Notes under the pieces: model-generated
Told to the model about the DNA's origin: nothing
Seen by the model: the letters and a program-made list of their open reading frames with translations, nothing else
The model's database searches: none
Program-made: the position numbers and the translations under genes
Assembly (NCBI GenBank): GCA_020054035.1
Contig: JAGVLY010000086.1
Coordinates: forward strand, 1-46,731
DNA: 46,731 nucleotides
Reading direction: 5' to 3'
Source: Bacteroidia bacterium
GTDB lineage: Bacteria > Bacteroidota > Bacteroidia > SXHM01
In this document: positions 26,210 to 34,595 of the stretch, in pieces
Layout of the letters: every line of letters begins with the position of its first letter
Numbering within the stretch: position 1 is the stretch's first letter

Positions 26210-27706
26210 ATGAAGTTTTTTACCCGCTTAGCAGCTTTAGTGCTTTTGCTTTCAGGATCGTTTGTTGCCACCTCCCAGAACAATATGGGTGTAGGAACAC
26301 TGACACCTGATGTTACCGCAATACTTGACCTCACTTCCACCACCAAAGGTTTTCTGCCGCCACGCATGTCGCAGGTTGACAGAGATGCCATTGTAAACCC
26401 CGCTGACGGACTTATTGTTTACAACACCACCGACAGCGTTCTGGATTATTTTAACGGCACCTGCTGGCTGCCTGTTTATCTGGAAGATTGTAATGGTTGC
26501 TACTTCACCCTTTCTGCTTCTAGCAACGCTGGAACCATTGACCGCTTAATCAGCAACTCGGCACAAACGGCTTTAACCATTACCCAAACCAACGGCCTTC
26601 CTCAAAACATTGCACTTGCTCTTATCGGCACGCTACCTGCCGGAATTACCTATACCATAACACCTAACCCACTATCATCAAGCGGTGTGGTCTCCATTGT
26701 GTTTTATGCTTCGCCCTTTGCACCTGCGGGCACCTTCCCTATCGTCATATCGGCTATGTGCGGAACTACCACACAGAATTTTATTTATGCCCTTACCGTT
26801 GACCCTTGCTACTATGTAGCCGTATCCAATAGCGAAAGCGAATACGATGTTAGTGCCAACGTTTTTATTCAAAACCCAACAGCTCCGCAAAACCAGCCTA
26901 TCTGTGTGGCAGTGGAAGTAATGAACGGTGTTAGCATTACCAGCGATACCAATATTGTTCCTGCTTTTACAACGGGCAATCTTTTTCCGGGCTCACTGGT
27001 TTCGGTGGTTAACAACGGAACCATTATAGGCCGTGGCGGTAATGGTGGTGTGTCGTATGACCCTACTACCAACCCGCCAACAACAGGCGTGGGTGATAAC
27101 GGGGGCGATGCTATTTCACTGACCATTGATGCACAGATACAAAATAACGGCCTCATCTTTGGCGGTGGCGGTGGCGGAAGCGCTATGGCTTTTGACCTGA
27201 GTTATACCCTACCTCCTCCTGCTGATTTCATCACCTTCGGTCTCTTCATCGGTGCAGGCGGTGGCGGTGGCGCAGGTGTCAGCTATGGCGGAAATTCGCC
27301 TAACGGTGTTATCGGTCTTTCGGTCTACAATCCCGGGCAGGGCGGCACAGGCGGACAGCTTGGCCTTGGCGGTGCGGGCGGATACCTCAACTACCCTATT
27401 CCTATTAACGCAGGGCCGGCTACCATTACCCTTACCCCTATTGCCGATGCAGGTGATGGAGGCAACTACGGTTACCCGGGCGGACAAGGTAGTTTTGACC
27501 TCTACATCTCGGCCTACATTAACGTAAACATTCCCTTTGTAGGCAATGTGCAGATACCCGTAGTAACCAATCTAGCACTGCCTATTCCTATTCCTTATGC
27601 TATTCCGGCAGCAGCAGGATACGCTGTAAAACGCAACGGGTTTAACACCAGCATAGCTGATAATATGTACCAAACTTCGTTTATAAAAGGACAGGTGGGA
27701 AACTAA
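26210..27706 (+). CDS. Secreted fibre/adhesin-like protein with a C-terminal phage gp38-like polyglycine domain
   Basis: Signal MKFFTRLAALVLLLSGSFVATSQ; MGVGTLTP..AILDL.STTKGFLPPRM...GLIVYNTT N-terminal module; Ig-like middle; NNGTIIGRGGNGG...GGDAI...NNGLIFGGGGGG...AAGYAV. Confidence 0.72.
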   Translation: MKFFTRLAALVLLLSGSFVATSQNNMGVGTLTPDVTAILDLTSTTKGFLPPRMSQVDRDAIVNPADGLIVYNTTDSVLDYFNGTCWLPVYLEDCNGCYFTLSASSNAGTIDRLISNSAQTALTITQTNGLPQNIALALIGTLPAGITYTITPNPLSSSGVVSIVFYASPFAPAGTFPIVISAMCGTTTQNFIYALTVDPCYYVAVSNSESEYDVSANVFIQNPTAPQNQPICVAVEVMNGVSITSDTNIVPAFTTGNLFPGSLVSVVNNGTIIGRGGNGGVSYDPTTNPPTTGVGDNGGDAISLTIDAQIQNNGLIFGGGGGGSAMAFDLSYTLPPPADFITFGLFIGAGGGGGAGVSYGGNSPNGVIGLSVYNPGQGGTGGQLGLGGAGGYLNYPIPINAGPATITLTPIADAGDGGNYGYPGGQGSFDLYISAYINVNIPFVGNVQIPVVTNLALPIPIPYAIPAAAGYAVKRNGFNTSIADNMYQTSFIKGQVGN

Positions 27707-27730
27707 GTTGGCAGTGGCAGTTGGCAGTTT
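27706..27730 (+). repeat. Short 6-7-nt tandem repeat (AGTTGGC)
   Basis: agttggc-agtggc-agttggc-agttt. Confidence 0.55.
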
Positions 27731-27750
27731 AAACAGATAAAAATATAATC

Positions 27751-27813
27751 ATGAAAAAAGCAATTCTCTTTCTCACTTTCTCACTCTCTTACTTTCTCAC
27801 TTCTTTCGCGCAA
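27751..27813 (+). repeat. 63-nt inverted repeat, copy B (signal-peptide coding region of the DUF4412-like gene)
   Basis: Aligned ATG-to-ATG with copy A; built from TTTCTCAC-type 8-mers. Confidence 0.92.
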
Positions 27814-28347
27814 AGCACCTTTGAAGGAAAAATTGTTCTTCGCGCAGAGAACGGTGTTACAAAAGAAACATCCGACATTACTTGGTACATGAAAAACGGG
27901 CAGCACCTGCTGAACTATGTAAACACGGGCAGCGGTGTAAACAGCACCTACAGCCTGCTGAGCAAAGAAGGTAAACTGGAAATGATAAATGAGCGCGGAA
28001 GAGTAAACATTCCCGGCAACTCACTAAAAAAACAGGACTTTGATTTTACCACCTACAAGTTGCTGAACAAAGAAGGCAACAAAATGGTGAACGAATTTAT
28101 GTGTGTGAAATATACCATTGAAAGCGGCAATACTGTTGCCGAAGTATGGATGGCCGATGACGCGGATATTCACATCAAAGATTTCCCGGAAGTGATGCAA
28201 TCATCCTTGCTTACTGTTTGTGATAACCTGCACCAGGGCGGTATTCCAGTTCAACTTTTTGTTAAAGAAAAAACAGGCAAGCTGATGATGAGCCAAACTA
28301 TTACGTACATCATGCCCTGCAAGGTTGATGACGGGAAATTTAAATAA
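27751..28347 (+). CDS. Secreted DUF4412/GLPGLI-like protein
   Basis: Signal + AQSTFEGKIV; EGNKMVNEFMCVKY...EVWM...GIPV...VDDGKF fits the (K.I.GY.C.KY...W...G.P...F) pattern. Confidence 0.7.
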   Translation: MKKAILFLTFSLSYFLTSFAQSTFEGKIVLRAENGVTKETSDITWYMKNGQHLLNYVNTGSGVNSTYSLLSKEGKLEMINERGRVNIPGNSLKKQDFDFTTYKLLNKEGNKMVNEFMCVKYTIESGNTVAEVWMADDADIHIKDFPEVMQSSLLTVCDNLHQGGIPVQLFVKEKTGKLMMSQTITYIMPCKVDDGKFK

Positions 28348-28354
28348 GTAAAAA

Positions 28355-28942
28355 TTATCTTATCAGCACCTCTGTAGCACCCCATCCGTAGCGCTCATAC
28401 GATGCAGCGCGGTAGGTAATACCGCTATAAGTTTCAAGCAGGGTATGTATCTCCTCGCGCAGGCGGCCCTTGCCAACACCGTGTATAAACACAATCTTGT
28501 AATAATTATTGCGGATAGCATTGTCCAGTGCCTTGGTAAAATGGCGCAGCTGCACATCAATGATTTCGCCATTACTCATGCCACGGTGACTGGGCAACAG
28601 GTTTTCAATATGCAGGTCCACCTCGTCTTCAATGGGTGTCCGCGCCTTTGATACTTTCTTGGGTAGCGGCTTTTCTTTTTCACGGATTATTTTTTCAACA
28701 GGTATTTTTTTCACCTCGTTCAGAAAAACATCAGGGTCAATCTGAGGAATTTCAATCTTCTTAGGTTCTTCTTTCGGTTTTTCGTGCTGATTACTTTTGT
28801 GTACCAATTTGTCAACGGCATAAGGTATCTCAAGGCCATCGTCCATCCGCACAATGGCAATGGATTTACCCTTGAAAGCGCTGATACTGCCGCCTCCGGG
28901 TTCATTGAGAAAATTTACCTGGTCACCTATGTTGAATTTCAT
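28355..28942 (-). CDS. Smr/MutS2 C-terminal domain protein
   Basis: N-terminal FNIGDQVNFLNEPGGG; VDLHIE...IVFIHGVGKGRLREEI...YGWGATEV. Confidence 0.9.
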   Translation of the reverse strand: MKFNIGDQVNFLNEPGGGSISAFKGKSIAIVRMDDGLEIPYAVDKLVHKSNQHEKPKEEPKKIEIPQIDPDVFLNEVKKIPVEKIIREKEKPLPKKVSKARTPIEDEVDLHIENLLPSHRGMSNGEIIDVQLRHFTKALDNAIRNNYYKIVFIHGVGKGRLREEIHTLLETYSGITYRAASYERYGWGATEVLIR

Positions 28943-28953
28943 TTTGTGTTTTT

Positions 28954-29056
28954 AATGGCACACGGATAACACGGATGTAACGGATAAAAACAGATTTGAA
29001 ACAAATTTAAAAAGATCCGTGAAAACCAGTCCAATCTGTGTCATCCGTGTGCCATT
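28954..29056. repeat. Intergenic inverted-repeat element built from 9-10-nt units (ACACGGAT)
   Basis: aatggcacacggat-aacacggat-gtaacggat ... atccgtg...atctgtgtc-atccgtgtgccatt; 14-bp exact terminal inverted repeats. Confidence 0.88.
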
Positions 29057-29059
29057 GCT

Positions 29060-29986
29060 TCAATGTTTATTAAACGGATACACCCCAAACCCATGCACTC
29101 TGTTATATTCCAGTGCCGGAAAAGGAAACTTCACCACATCCAGTGCCGAGAAAATAGTCTTCAGCACTTTTGACTTCGTTCTGATTTTACTCAGTTGAAT
29201 GTCTAACGAAAAATAATACTGGCGGTAGCGTTCATACTGCGGAAGTGCCACACCATTGTGTTCCGTTGGATTGTAAGTGCCGCCCAGCATACCGTTGGCA
29301 CCGTAACCGAACGCCACATTCAGCCAGCGCGGAAAACGCGAGGTCTCGGGCAGGAACGAATGAATGTTGAACGACAACCATGCCGTATAGCTGTTGTAAT
29401 CTTTTATCAGCCGCTCAGGAACGTTACTGCCGAGTAAGTCCTTGCGGTACTGCCATCCGGGCGAATTCATAAAACCATAACGCAGAATAATGCGCTGCTC
29501 GTCCCATGCCAGCTCCTGCCCTATTGCCAGCATAGAGCCTCCGGTGTTTACCAATAAGTCGCCCCACGAAGCACCGTACTCAGCCGAAAAGCCATCAAAG
29601 ATTTCAATGGTAGTCATAAAAATAGTACCCATGCTTCCTCCAAGCCATATTGCCTTTTTACGTTCCAGTCCACTCCATCGAAACAAGTCAATACCGTATT
29701 TGCCTACATAATAAGAAGTGGTAAGGTGGCCCATTTTATCCATCTGCATCCACTCATCGTTATCATTAAAAAAGTGAAAGCCTGTAAGCGGGTAATCCTT
29801 ATACCACGCCACATACAGCCCTGCCATAGAAACGGCATAGAGCGAAGCACCGCCAATAAGCAAGCCGTTCAGGCGCTTTTTGTTCAGCGTTTTGGCAGGC
29901 ACAAAAAAGCCGGTACTGTCGTTTTGCGCATGAGCAAACACCAACGAGAAAGAGAGAACTAAAACAAGGCTCCATTTTTTTACCAC
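29060..29986 (-). CDS. DUF2279/YfiM-like outer-membrane or exported protein
   Basis: FHFFNDNDEWMQMDKMGH, EIFDGFSAEYGASWGDLLVN, KDYN, WLNVAFGYGA. Confidence 0.82.
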   Translation of the reverse strand: MVKKWSLVLVLSFSLVFAHAQNDSTGFFVPAKTLNKKRLNGLLIGGASLYAVSMAGLYVAWYKDYPLTGFHFFNDNDEWMQMDKMGHLTTSYYVGKYGIDLFRWSGLERKKAIWLGGSMGTIFMTTIEIFDGFSAEYGASWGDLLVNTGGSMLAIGQELAWDEQRIILRYGFMNSPGWQYRKDLLGSNVPERLIKDYNSYTAWLSFNIHSFLPETSRFPRWLNVAFGYGANGMLGGTYNPTEHNGVALPQYERYRQYYFSLDIQLSKIRTKSKVLKTIFSALDVVKFPFPALEYNRVHGFGVYPFNKH

Positions 29987-30002
29987 GAGCCAAAACTAAA
30001 AA

Positions 30003-32387
30003 TTATAGTTCAATGATTATTCCTATGGAAGGAATGAGTGTACCTGTGGTATTCGGGATTTGTTTGGTTTGATAACGTGTAGGGTCGTTCGGGTCAGTAG
30101 CAATACTACCGTCAGTATTGCGCACCACATCAATGCGCGGTTGTAATTTTGCCTTAAAGTTGTAGGCATTCTGAATGTCTAAGTAAATGTTGAGTGCCCA
30201 TTTTTTAAAGAAATACTTTTTATCAACGCGCATATCTAATTGATGAACCGAAGTCTGGCGCTGCGAATTCAGTTGCGTGTAATCAAATACACCTTGCTTG
30301 TTAATGTCCCACACATTTTTCAAAGCGGTGGTCTGCACATCGTAAGGCGTATAAGGCGTACCACCCAGAAAACGCCACTTCACTCCTATCTCCCAGTTGC
30401 GTTTAAACTTTTTGCCGCCTGTTAATGCAACAATGTGTTGGTTGTCCCATGCCGAAGGAATTAAATCACCGTTGCGGTTTTCAAACTCACTGCGCACAAA
30501 GGTGTAGGCAACAATTCCATAGAAACCTTTGAACAGCTTTTGCTGCGCAAGAAACTCAATACCGTAGCTTCTTCCGTTGGAAGTAGAAGTAACACCCTCA
30601 TTTCCTATCACTCCGAAATCTGCACCCAGATTGGCAAGTGAAATAGAATCTTTAAGCAGGAAAGGATAGTTTTTGTAGGTTTTGTAGAAGCCTTCAATAG
30701 TGATTTTGGCATTGCTTTTTGAGTTGTATTCAAAGCCTGCTACCACATGGTCAGACATAATGTAAGTAACATTGTTGGTCTTGTTCACCAGTTCATTGTT
30801 ATTGTTTCTGAAACCAAGAACAGTATAAGCCGGTAACTGATAATACCTGCCCGTATTAAAGTTAATGCTGAAGCGTTCACTTATGCTGTATGCTGCCGAA
30901 AAGCGTGGCGAAAGCTGTTTCAACGGATTGCTCATATCATCAGAATAACTGTTGCCGTCTGTTCTAATACCAAAGGAAAGCGACAAACGCTCGCTGAATA
31001 ATTTCTTGCTCAGTTGTGCAAACACTCCGTATTTATGGAAGTTGAGAGCCGAACTGAAATCCTTGATGGCAGTTGTTCCGTCAGGCAATGAAAATTTGCT
31101 ATAGGTGCTGTTGCTGTATTTTGCAAACTCGTAACCCGCGCCATAGTTAAGACGGAAACCGTTTTTGAAGTAATTGTTTTCAAAGCGCAGTTTATTTTCA
31201 ATCTCCTGCGAGTTGTATTTCAGCAGCAGGTTGCTGTCTGCACTTTCGTCATTGCCCTTATATTTGGTGGCAGTGTTGCTCAGCATATTGCGACTTACCA
31301 CCAACTGCGAATAACCATTCTCACGAAAGTTTTTCCAGTTGGCACCAATGGTATAGTTCCATTGTTCGCTTACCGGAATAATTTCCAGTATATAGCGCTG
31401 CTCCTCGGTTTCGCTGGCCTCTTTGTTCAGCACAAAATCATCAATAGCACCGAGACCAATAATGTTGATTTCGTTCTTATCGTTTACCTTTATTTTATAC
31501 TTCAGCTGAAAATCGTTGTACGTAGGCAGAAAGGGCAGCGCTAATGCTTTGAATAAAAACTGCAGATACGAACGCCTTGCCGAAAACATAAACGACTGCT
31601 TTTTAGAAATCGGACCTTCTACTGTCAATCCAAAATCAGAAGAGCCTAAGGTAAAGTTACCGCCAATTCTGTCGGTACGCGGGTCTTTCTGGCGAAACTC
31701 AAAAACCGAACTCATGGTGTTTCCGCGCGAAGCCGGAAAAGCACCGGAGTAAAAATCAACTTCACGGATAAAATTTACGTTGATCATTCCCACCGGCCCA
31801 CCCGATGAACCCTGCGTGGCAAAGTGATTGATGTTAGGCACTTCAATACCGTCTAAATAAAAACGGTTCTCGTTGGGGGCACCGCCACGAATAATAATAT
31901 CGTTACGGAACGATACGCCAGAAGCCACACCGGGCAGCGACTGTATAACCTTTGAAATATCGCGGTTACCACCGGGATTGCGCTCTATTTCCGAAACACC
32001 AATGGTGCGCAGCGAAAGCGGACTCTCATCCGTTTTCTTGAAGGGTGAAACGGTAATCTTCACTTCTTCCAGCGTTTTCACATCCTCTTCCAGAGCAAGG
32101 TCAATCACTGCGGGCTTGTTGTTAAAAACCTGAATTTCAAGAACAGACTTTTTCTTAAAACCAACAATGAAAACCTCTATATTGTATAAATCAGGTTTTA
32201 GGTTTTCAATGCTGTAGTTCCCTTCAATATCTGACAAAACAACAGTTCCAGTTCCTTGAATTACAACGTTAGCAAACGGAACGGGCTCGTTGTTTTTAGC
32301 GTTAAACACACGCCCTTTTATAATCCCTGTCTGGCTGAATACAGAGAATGTTGAAAACAGAAAAGCAATGAGGATAAGTTTCTTCAT
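30003..32387 (-). CDS. TonB-dependent receptor with N-terminal carboxypeptidase-regulatory-like domain
   Basis: Start MKKLILIAFL at 32387; IKGRV...EPVPFANV; plug IIRGGAPNENRFYLDGIEVPNINHF; barrel ending PSIGIIIEL. Confidence 0.92.
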   Translation of the reverse strand: MKKLILIAFLFSTFSVFSQTGIIKGRVFNAKNNEPVPFANVVIQGTGTVVLSDIEGNYSIENLKPDLYNIEVFIVGFKKKSVLEIQVFNNKPAVIDLALEEDVKTLEEVKITVSPFKKTDESPLSLRTIGVSEIERNPGGNRDISKVIQSLPGVASGVSFRNDIIIRGGAPNENRFYLDGIEVPNINHFATQGSSGGPVGMINVNFIREVDFYSGAFPASRGNTMSSVFEFRQKDPRTDRIGGNFTLGSSDFGLTVEGPISKKQSFMFSARRSYLQFLFKALALPFLPTYNDFQLKYKIKVNDKNEINIIGLGAIDDFVLNKEASETEEQRYILEIIPVSEQWNYTIGANWKNFRENGYSQLVVSRNMLSNTATKYKGNDESADSNLLLKYNSQEIENKLRFENNYFKNGFRLNYGAGYEFAKYSNSTYSKFSLPDGTTAIKDFSSALNFHKYGVFAQLSKKLFSERLSLSFGIRTDGNSYSDDMSNPLKQLSPRFSAAYSISERFSINFNTGRYYQLPAYTVLGFRNNNNELVNKTNNVTYIMSDHVVAGFEYNSKSNAKITIEGFYKTYKNYPFLLKDSISLANLGADFGVIGNEGVTSTSNGRSYGIEFLAQQKLFKGFYGIVAYTFVRSEFENRNGDLIPSAWDNQHIVALTGGKKFKRNWEIGVKWRFLGGTPYTPYDVQTTALKNVWDINKQGVFDYTQLNSQRQTSVHQLDMRVDKKYFFKKWALNIYLDIQNAYNFKAKLQPRIDVVRNTDGSIATDPNDPTRYQTKQIPNTTGTLIPSIGIIIEL

Positions 32388-32485
32388 ACGGTTTTGGGTT
32401 TGCAACATAACAACAAAGAAAACAAAATGTTTTCGGCATAAAAACAAATCCATTTGTGTATAGCTTTGCCACAAAATAGTAACCC

Positions 32486-32773
32486 ATGGCAACACAGAAA
32501 AAATGCCCCGAATGTGGACAATGGACCACATGGCATCATAAGCTTACCGACACCTGCGAACATTGCGGCCACCTGTTGGACAAGCGCACCATCAGCGATT
32601 TAGAGTATTTTGAAAAACAGCAGAAGCAGAATGACGAAAACTCATTTTCTGTTCCCAAGCCGGGCGATAATTTTCTGATGCTGGCGGCACGCAGAACCGT
32701 ATGGATAGCCAATGTTATTTACATGGCAACGGTTTCTTTTTTTCTCTGGCTATTTACCACGCTTGCAGGATGA
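32486..32773 (+). CDS. Small zinc-ribbon membrane protein
   Basis: CPECG...CEHCG plus a C-terminal TM helix; TAGCTTTG box at 32461-32468. Confidence 0.75.
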   Translation: MATQKKCPECGQWTTWHHKLTDTCEHCGHLLDKRTISDLEYFEKQQKQNDENSFSVPKPGDNFLMLAARRTVWIANVIYMATVSFFLWLFTTLAG

Positions 32774-33183
32774 AAAAGTTATTACTAAACCCGTTGTTCC
32801 TATCCTGTGCGGCTTTGTCGGGCATCAATAAACTAATTGAGCTGGCAGGATATTACATTCCGTACATCCATGCCTACATGGATGATTTCTTTTGCATGAT
32901 CGTCATGCTTACTCCTGCATTATTTATACAACGGAAATATGTTTTCAATAACGGGGAATATGTTTTCAGCAAGTGGCATACGATTATAGCAGTTGCCTAT
33001 TGCTCCATTGTTTTTGAACTGATTCTCCCTCTGCAATCCAATCAGCACACAGCCGACTTATTTGATTTTGTGGCGTATTCAGCAGGCGGAATAGTGTTCC
33101 ACCTGTTCATCAATAAACCTCAGATGATACCAAGCGTTTCGCGTGCAGAACGCAATATCTCCAGCGCTTCATCTTTGGTGTGA
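32770..33183 (+). CDS. Small multi-pass membrane protein
   Basis: ATGA overlap with the previous stop; YMDDFFC...FELILP...TADLFDFVAYSAG; 3' end overlaps the convergent PGM gene. Confidence 0.72.
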   Translation: MKKLLLNPLFLSCAALSGINKLIELAGYYIPYIHAYMDDFFCMIVMLTPALFIQRKYVFNNGEYVFSKWHTIIAVAYCSIVFELILPLQSNQHTADLFDFVAYSAGGIVFHLFINKPQMIPSVSRAERNISSASSLV

Positions 33184-34529
33184 GACTCAGCATACGTGCG
33201 TAAAACCGGCTCCGTTCCCGAAGGACGAATCATCAACCACTCGCTGTCATTGAAATAATATTTAAAGCCGTCAAGCGTTTCCACTCGCTCTACTTTATAC
33301 TTACCGAATGCTGAATATTTATTGCTTTTGCAATCCGCAATAATTTGTTGCTTCAGTGCTTCAGGAATGGATAAGTCAACACGCTCAAAAGCAAATGATC
33401 CGGTGATGGAATAAATCTCGTCAATCAGTTCACGCAGTGTTTTGCCGGTTTTTACCATTGCTTCAAAAATCAACATGCCGTTCCAGATGCCATCGCGTTC
33501 GGGAATATGTCCTTTTACAGCAATACCACCACTTTCCTCACCGCCCACCAGCACATCTTCTTTCAGCATAATGCCGCAAATATGTTTAAAACCGATTTTC
33601 ACAATCTCCAGTTCCAGTCCGTAATGTCTGCACAATGCCCCAATCTTTACAGACGAAGAAAAACCGGTGCAAACCTTGCCCGTCATGCCTTTGTACTTAT
33701 GTAAATAATGAATGAGCAAGAGTAGAATGTGATGCGAATCCACAAAATTTCCTTCTCCATCATACAAACCAATTCTGTCAGCATCGCCATCCGTTACTAA
33801 TCCACAATGAATATTACCCGATTGTTTGAGCAACAATGAAAACTCCTGCAGATTGCGGTGTATCGGTTCAGGAGGAATACCACCAAACAACGGATCTTCT
33901 TCGCAATGCAATAAAGTAATATCAGGCAACAGGCGTTTTATAACATTCTGTCCCGATCCATACATGGCATCGTATGCCAGATTGAATTTGGAGTTCTGTA
34001 TTGCTTTAATGTTGAAGTTCCTTTCAAGTGTTTCGCAATACAGTGTTTCTAAAGCAACATATTCTACTAATCCTTTGTTCACAAGTGCATCAAGACTTAT
34101 ACTTTCCAAATCAATTGTATTTTTTTCAGGAATATACTTCTCCACTTCAGCAAAATCTTCTTCTAACAAGGGGCCACCATAACCACCTTTCAACTTAAAG
34201 CCATTGTAAGCAGGGGGATTATGGCTTGCAGTAATAATTACTCCTGCACCTGCATTGTATTTCAAAGCTCCCAACGAAACCATTGGCGTAGAAACAAAAC
34301 CTTTGGAGAGAAATACCTTGATGCCGTTTGAAGCCATCACCTTTGCAGTGGTTTCGGCAAACAACTCGCCTGCAAAGCGGCAATCATGTCCGATAACAAC
34401 AACTTTGTTTTTATCAGTTGCTATTATCCACGCTGCGGTTGCCTGCGCCACACGTGCCACATTTTCAACCGTAAATTCTTTGGCAATAATGGCACGCCAG
34501 CCATCGGTTCCGAATTTTATGTCTCTCAT
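33120..34529 (-). CDS. Phosphoglucomutase/phosphomannomutase
   Basis: FGTDGWR, TASHNP, DGDADR, GEESGG, RPSGTEP. Confidence 0.96.
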   Translation of the reverse strand: MRDIKFGTDGWRAIIAKEFTVENVARVAQATAAWIIATDKNKVVVIGHDCRFAGELFAETTAKVMASNGIKVFLSKGFVSTPMVSLGALKYNAGAGVIITASHNPPAYNGFKLKGGYGGPLLEEDFAEVEKYIPEKNTIDLESISLDALVNKGLVEYVALETLYCETLERNFNIKAIQNSKFNLAYDAMYGSGQNVIKRLLPDITLLHCEEDPLFGGIPPEPIHRNLQEFSLLLKQSGNIHCGLVTDGDADRIGLYDGEGNFVDSHHILLLLIHYLHKYKGMTGKVCTGFSSSVKIGALCRHYGLELEIVKIGFKHICGIMLKEDVLVGGEESGGIAVKGHIPERDGIWNGMLIFEAMVKTGKTLRELIDEIYSITGSFAFERVDLSIPEALKQQIIADCKSNKYSAFGKYKVERVETLDGFKYYFNDSEWLMIRPSGTEPVLRTYAESHTKDEALEILRSARETLGII

Positions 34530-34595
34530 ACTGTTTGCTATTTGACTGCAAAATAAAACATCTATGGCAGATTATTTAAATAATTTTGGCAGCGC

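Noticed and set aside
26210-27706. Prophage remnant
   Set aside because: No other phage genes; the protein has a Sec signal and an intact frame.
32388-32531. Upstream extension of the TonB receptor ORF
   Set aside because: It overlaps the divergent gene and promoter; the signal peptide starts at 32387.
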